From contig CAZUFC010000021.1 in assembly GCA_964619725.1 (NCBI GenBank), positions 16,963 to 80,962 on the forward strand: a stretch of DNA of 64,000 bases, written 5' to 3'. The notes below the pieces were generated by a model. The model was given only the letters and a program-made list of their open reading frames with translations, had not been told where the DNA came from and searched no databases. Below are positions 59,690 through 64,000 of the stretch, one piece after another; positions within the stretch are counted from its first letter, which is position 1, and each line of letters starts with the position of its first letter. Origin of the DNA: an uncultured bacterium. GTDB lineage: Bacteria > CSSED10-310 > CAZUFC01. The translations under genes and the position numbers were made by a program.

Positions 59690-62026
59690 ATGCTGGCAGG
59701 CAAGCTGGAAGATATTCCATTGACCGCCGTCATGCAGGCTCTTTTCGGCAGCGGTTTGACGGGCGTTTTAATGGTTAATTCTGAAGAATCAGCCAAAAAA
59801 ATCATTTTTAAGGATGGAATGCTTATAAGCGTGACATCTATGGATTATGAAGATTCCATAGCCGAACTGGCGGTCAGCTCGGACAAAATAGACCGGGAAA
59901 AGCTTGATAAAGTGCGGGAGACTGCAGTTTCGAGCGGCTGGGAGCTGGAGAAGGCGCTGGTGAGTGAAGGATATATCAGTGAAGAGGATATTGATGAGCT
60001 GGCTCAGCGGTATATGGAGCGTTGTTTATTTGAATTGGTTATTCGTCCTGAAGGGGCATTTCAATTCAGGCAGAAGGATATCGGTGAGGTTGAATACCGT
60101 GAGATTGGACCAGGCGTTCGTAATTTATTATTACAGGGAAACAGGGATATTTCCGTTTTAAAGAATATGCTGGAAAAAATTGAGAAATTGGATAAGCGTC
60201 CGGGATTCAGGGGCAACATGGATGAGCGTGCGCTGGCGGATAATTTTGAATTGGATGACCTTTTTCTTTTAGGAATGGCAGGTCAAAGGCTTAATTTGCG
60301 TAAGATGCTGAACGCGTGCGGGGAGTATGCGTTTGATTTTCTGTCGGCGTTAACGGAATGGGCGGACCGTGGTGTTCTGGAATTCAGGGATGAATCGGAA
60401 GCGGACAGGGGAGATTCTTGTCCGGAGGGATTTATGCTTGTGCCCCGGATTTTGATGAAGGCAGCGCTAAAGGGTGTGCGTTCTGAGAGGACATTACCCG
60501 TTTTTCTTCGGGCTGTGAGCGCTGAGGATTCGGCATTGGAGGAGGAAGAATGGGAAGCGGACCAGGCTGCTGGTCATGCTGCTGAAGGTTCTGATGAATT
60601 TATTGGCCCTGATTTTGACGATTTTTTCAAAGATATGTCTGATGCTGAAGTCAGCGAGTTGGACGAATTATCCGTAAAGGATGAGCCGGCTCATCAGGGA
60701 GTTGAACCGGAAGGTGAAAATGCGGAGCAGACGGCTGATGAAGGACGGGATGAAGAGCCGGAAGAAGAAGTGAAGGATGAGGTGATCGGCGGAACGGAAG
60801 ACCCGTTTCCGTGGGTCAGACGCAAACAGTCCGCGTCGAAACAGAAGGAGGGTATGCCTGCTGAGCCGCCTACGGATCAGAAAGAGGAAGAGCCGGCTGC
60901 CCGAAAGCAGGAAGAAAAAGCGCCGGCAGGCGGTCCGGAGAAACAGGATGAAGAATTTGAGGATTATTCGGACGAGGAATTCAGCCTGGATGACGAAGAG
61001 GATGAAAAAATGAAACCCGCTCCTCCGCCGAGGAGAAGCAGGGAAAGAAGAGCAGCGCCGAGGAAAAGGTTTAGTGATGATGACAAGGAATTTTCATACG
61101 AGGATGATTTTCTGGAAGAGAAGGTAGCTCGCGAATTGCGCTACAAGAAATACTGTTCGAACATCAAGATGGCTTACAACAGGATAAAAAGAAGAAGGTT
61201 GAATTATTTTGAGATTCTCGATATTCCCATCAAAGCGCCGATGAAGAAAGTGCGTCAAAAATATTTAATGTTGAAAAAGAGATACGATCCCAGGGGGGTG
61301 CTGAAGCCTAACGACCGATCGGAGCACGAACAGGCGTCTTTTGTCCTGAAGAAAATAGAAGAAGCTTATCAGGCGTTGATTGATCCGGACACGCGCCGGG
61401 AATATATGAGGAATATCAAGAGCAAAACGCAAGAGACGTCCAAGAAAAAAGAGCAGGCTTTGCAATTGTTCCATCAGGGCATGAAGCTTCATCATGACAA
61501 AAAATTCAAACAGGCCCGGGAGAAATTCAAAGAAGCTATAGCGTTGGACCCGAACAATCCTGTTTTTTACAATATGCTGGCAAGCATGGGCGATGAAGAG
61601 AAGGAAACACAGGCTTATTATTATTATCGTACGGGATTGGAGGCGAAGCGGAGAGGCAATTTGGACGAAGCGGTATTAAGGATTAAAAAGGCGATATGGT
61701 ACAATCCGCAAGTGATTTATTACCTGGAACTGGCGGAAATACTCTCTTCGGACCGAGAAAAAATTCCTGAAGCGATCCGTTTTTACCAGGAAGTTCTCAA
61801 GCGCGATCCCGGTTCGGTCAAAACGCACTTGGCCTTAGGTAACCTTTATTTAAGAACGGGTTCCAAGCAGGAAGCCGCCGATCACTTTAATGATGTTTTA
61901 AAATGGACCGAAGGAAATCATGGGGAAGCCGAGTCGGCATTGAATGCGTTGAAAAAGGAAGGCGTATTACCGAGAAAGAAGAAGGACCAGAAAGATGATC
62001 AACCCCGTCCGACTTTTGGGAAATAG
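59690..62026 (+). CDS. DUF4388-like + acidic linker + J-like domain + TPR protein
   Basis: GKLEDIPL..TGVL..FKDG; NYFEIL...YDPR...IEEAYQALIDPDTRREY; C-terminal TPRs. Confidence 0.82.
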   Translation: MLAGKLEDIPLTAVMQALFGSGLTGVLMVNSEESAKKIIFKDGMLISVTSMDYEDSIAELAVSSDKIDREKLDKVRETAVSSGWELEKALVSEGYISEEDIDELAQRYMERCLFELVIRPEGAFQFRQKDIGEVEYREIGPGVRNLLLQGNRDISVLKNMLEKIEKLDKRPGFRGNMDERALADNFELDDLFLLGMAGQRLNLRKMLNACGEYAFDFLSALTEWADRGVLEFRDESEADRGDSCPEGFMLVPRILMKAALKGVRSERTLPVFLRAVSAEDSALEEEEWEADQAAGHAAEGSDEFIGPDFDDFFKDMSDAEVSELDELSVKDEPAHQGVEPEGENAEQTADEGRDEEPEEEVKDEVIGGTEDPFPWVRRKQSASKQKEGMPAEPPTDQKEEEPAARKQEEKAPAGGPEKQDEEFEDYSDEEFSLDDEEDEKMKPAPPPRRSRERRAAPRKRFSDDDKEFSYEDDFLEEKVARELRYKKYCSNIKMAYNRIKRRRLNYFEILDIPIKAPMKKVRQKYLMLKKRYDPRGVLKPNDRSEHEQASFVLKKIEEAYQALIDPDTRREYMRNIKSKTQETSKKKEQALQLFHQGMKLHHDKKFKQAREKFKEAIALDPNNPVFYNMLASMGDEEKETQAYYYYRTGLEAKRRGNLDEAVLRIKKAIWYNPQVIYYLELAEILSSDREKIPEAIRFYQEVLKRDPGSVKTHLALGNLYLRTGSKQEAADHFNDVLKWTEGNHGEAESALNALKKEGVLPRKKKDQKDDQPRPTFGK

Positions 62027-62510
62027 AGGTCCGTTTGTTACGATAGGAGTAAGCGGAGCGGGAACCTGCGACGGAGAATCGGCGGAAAGCGCCTCGGAAG
62101 TGGGGCGTTGCATTGCGGAAAGCGGCGCGGTTCTGGTTTGCGGAGGCAGAGGGGGCATAATGGAAGCTGCCGCGAAAGGCGCTTCGGAAGCCGGCGGCAT
62201 CACGATGGGCATTCTTCCGGGCGATAATGCGCTGAGCGGCAATACCTATCTCGATATAGTCATTCCGACGGATTTTGGTCACGGCAGGAATTATCTGCTG
62301 GTGAGAGCTTCCCAGGCTCTGGTGGCTCTGCCGGGCTCCTGGGGTACCCTTTCAGAAATAGCCCTGGCAATAAAATCCGGCATACCCGTCATAGGACTGA
62401 ACACTTGGGAATTGAAACTGGGAATCATATGGGCCGGGTCGCCGGAAGATGCCGTGAATATGGCGATGACGGAAATACAAAAAAGATACGGAAGCAGGCG
62501 GAGCGAATGA
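61995..62510 (+). CDS. LOG/SLOG-family protein (TIGR00725-like)
   Basis: CGGRGGIMEAA, GHGRN, PGSWGTLSEIA. Confidence 0.88.
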   Translation: MINPVRLLGNRGPFVTIGVSGAGTCDGESAESASEVGRCIAESGAVLVCGGRGGIMEAAAKGASEAGGITMGILPGDNALSGNTYLDIVIPTDFGHGRNYLLVRASQALVALPGSWGTLSEIALAIKSGIPVIGLNTWELKLGIIWAGSPEDAVNMAMTEIQKRYGSRRSE

Positions 62511-62779
62511 AAAAAATGAAGGCGAATATTTCAGGTGTCGTTCAGGGAGTCGGTTTCAGGCATTTCGTTTATAGAAAAGCACAGGCTCTGGGTGTAAAAG
62601 GTTACGTCAGGAATTTATATAACGGCGACGTGGAAGTTGTAGCCGAAGGTGATGAACAGGAACTTAAGGAAATGTTGAAGGATTTGAGAAAAGGACCCAT
62701 GGGCGCTCATGTCCGCAACGTGGACAGCGAATGGACGGAAACAAAAAATGAATTCTCAGACTTCTCAGTTAAATTTTAA
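62507..62779 (+). CDS. acyP: Acylphosphatase
   Basis: SGVVQGVGFR, GYVRN; ATGA overlap at 62507. Confidence 0.93.
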   Translation: MKKMKANISGVVQGVGFRHFVYRKAQALGVKGYVRNLYNGDVEVVAEGDEQELKEMLKDLRKGPMGAHVRNVDSEWTETKNEFSDFSVKF

Positions 62780-62831
62780 TTGATACGGATAACTGCGGCT
62801 TTTAACAGGCGGTTGGAAAGGAGAGCCAGGA

Positions 62832-63344
62832 ATGGACTTGAAAACTTACATAAGAGATATCCCCGATTTTCCCAAAAAAGGCATTATTTTTAAGGACGTA
62901 TCTACGCTGTTCAAAGACGGAAAAGCTTTCAAATACGCCATGGAAAAAATGGCCGAACCCTTCAAAAATCAGAAAATAGACCAGATAGTAGGAGTAGAAG
63001 CCAGGGGTTTCGCTGTGGCCGCTCCCATAGCGTGCCTGCTGGATGCCGGACTCACATTGGTCAGAAAGCCGGGAAAGTTACCCTGGAAAACATTCAGCCA
63101 GACCTACGAGTTGGAATACGGCACCGACACCCTGGAAATTCACCAGGATGCCGTTAAAAAAGGCGACCGCGTGGTCATAGCCGACGACCTGCTGGCGACA
63201 GGCGGCACCGTTAAAGCCGTGGCCGACATGCTGGAAAAAATGGAAGTGGAAATTGCAGGCATTACCTTCCTGATTGAACTGGAATTTCTGCAGGGAATGG
63301 AAAAAATTAAAAAATACCCCTGTTACGCATTGATTAAAGATTAA
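62832..63344 (+). CDS. apt: Adenine phosphoribosyltransferase
   Basis: IPDFPKKGIIFKD, RKPGKLP, LEYG, DDLLATGGT. Confidence 0.96.
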   Translation: MDLKTYIRDIPDFPKKGIIFKDVSTLFKDGKAFKYAMEKMAEPFKNQKIDQIVGVEARGFAVAAPIACLLDAGLTLVRKPGKLPWKTFSQTYELEYGTDTLEIHQDAVKKGDRVVIADDLLATGGTVKAVADMLEKMEVEIAGITFLIELEFLQGMEKIKKYPCYALIKD

Positions 63345-63376
63345 ACAAAGGCTATACTGTTCCAGCCTTTTTCAAG

Positions 63377-63450
63377 GCGCCTGTAGCTCAGTTGGATAGA
63401 GCATCGGATTCCTAATCCGGGGGTCGCAGGTTCGAATCCTGCCAGGCGCA
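63377..63450 (+). tRNA. tRNA-Arg(CCT), CCA not encoded
   Basis: GCGCCTG/CAGGCGC acceptor stem; TTCCTAA loop. Confidence 0.95.
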
Positions 63451-63496
63451 TTAATTTTCGCATTGTTTCTCGTGCGAGAAACAATGCGAAAATTAA
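63451..63496. repeat. Perfect 22-bp inverted repeat abutting the tRNA-Arg 3' end
   Basis: ttaattttcgcattgtttctcg-tg-cgagaaacaatgcgaaaattaa. Confidence 0.9.
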
Positions 63497-64000
63497 CAAG
63501 CCCGCTTCGCGGGCGAGAGAAATTGAGCGGAATTTGACGATTCAGAGCTTTACCGTTGTTTTTAGGGTTACAGGTTTGCTTTTGATAAATCCTGGACAAT
63601 GCCTGATTTGAAATAGTCATCGTCGCACCAGCGTCGCATGGTAGATGATTTTAACTTCTCTGTCCATAACGGCCAATTTTTTCCTCAATGTTGAGTCAGA
63701 CTCCGGCTTCGCTCAGTTAATGCATACGCAATGCGCTTACACCAAGGCTTCGGCGGGACGGGTTATGCCTCCTTCGAAAGTATTTTCCTTCCTTGTATTA
63801 ATCAAATCCATCCGGTTATACATTACCTGCTCGAAGCGCCTGTCCGCCCCGGCATACCGGATTAAAAATGAATTTGTGAACAGGCGCTGTCTGGTTTAAG
63901 GACTGGAGATTATTGCGGATTCGAATGAAATGATGAGGAAATATTACGTGTCTTTCCGGCAAGCGTGCTTAACAATCCCTGCCCGCCGTGGCTATCATTG

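Overview
Bacterial chromosomal window from a diderm (FadL-type outer-membrane protein), probably anaerobic, selenocysteine-using lineage (selC present). Housekeeping blocks: EF-G-like gene; tRNA-Val-infC-rpmI-rplT-ktrA-zapB-zapA-6S RNA-rny-xseB-rsmI-selC; tRNA Gly/Cys/Leu; scpA-scpB-rluB-merR-tRNA-Pro-pcm-yqaA; J-like/TPR-LOG-acyP-apt-tRNA-Arg. These alternate with cell-envelope and secreted-protein genes (GT-C and GT2 glycosyltransferases, SGNH hydrolases, sulfatase-NHL, protease-FG-GAP, beta-helix). The best candidate for an undescribed system is an apparent three-gene operon at 9754-12792: DHH phosphoesterase + small Sm/LSm-like protein + Clp1/Grc3-type polynucleotide 5'-kinase, a possible RNA end-healing or decay module. 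A close paralog of its DHH gene with degenerate catalytic motifs lies beside the tRNA cluster at 48.3-49.6 kb. Also notable: a RelA zinc-finger/DUF2250-like fusion, an orphan gvpL/F gene with a long leader, a split radical SAM/SPASM enzyme with a CX5CX2C motif, and at least three families of short inverted-repeat-bounded elements, one with conserved ends and variable cargo. All family assignments come from motif recognition by eye; no database searches were run.
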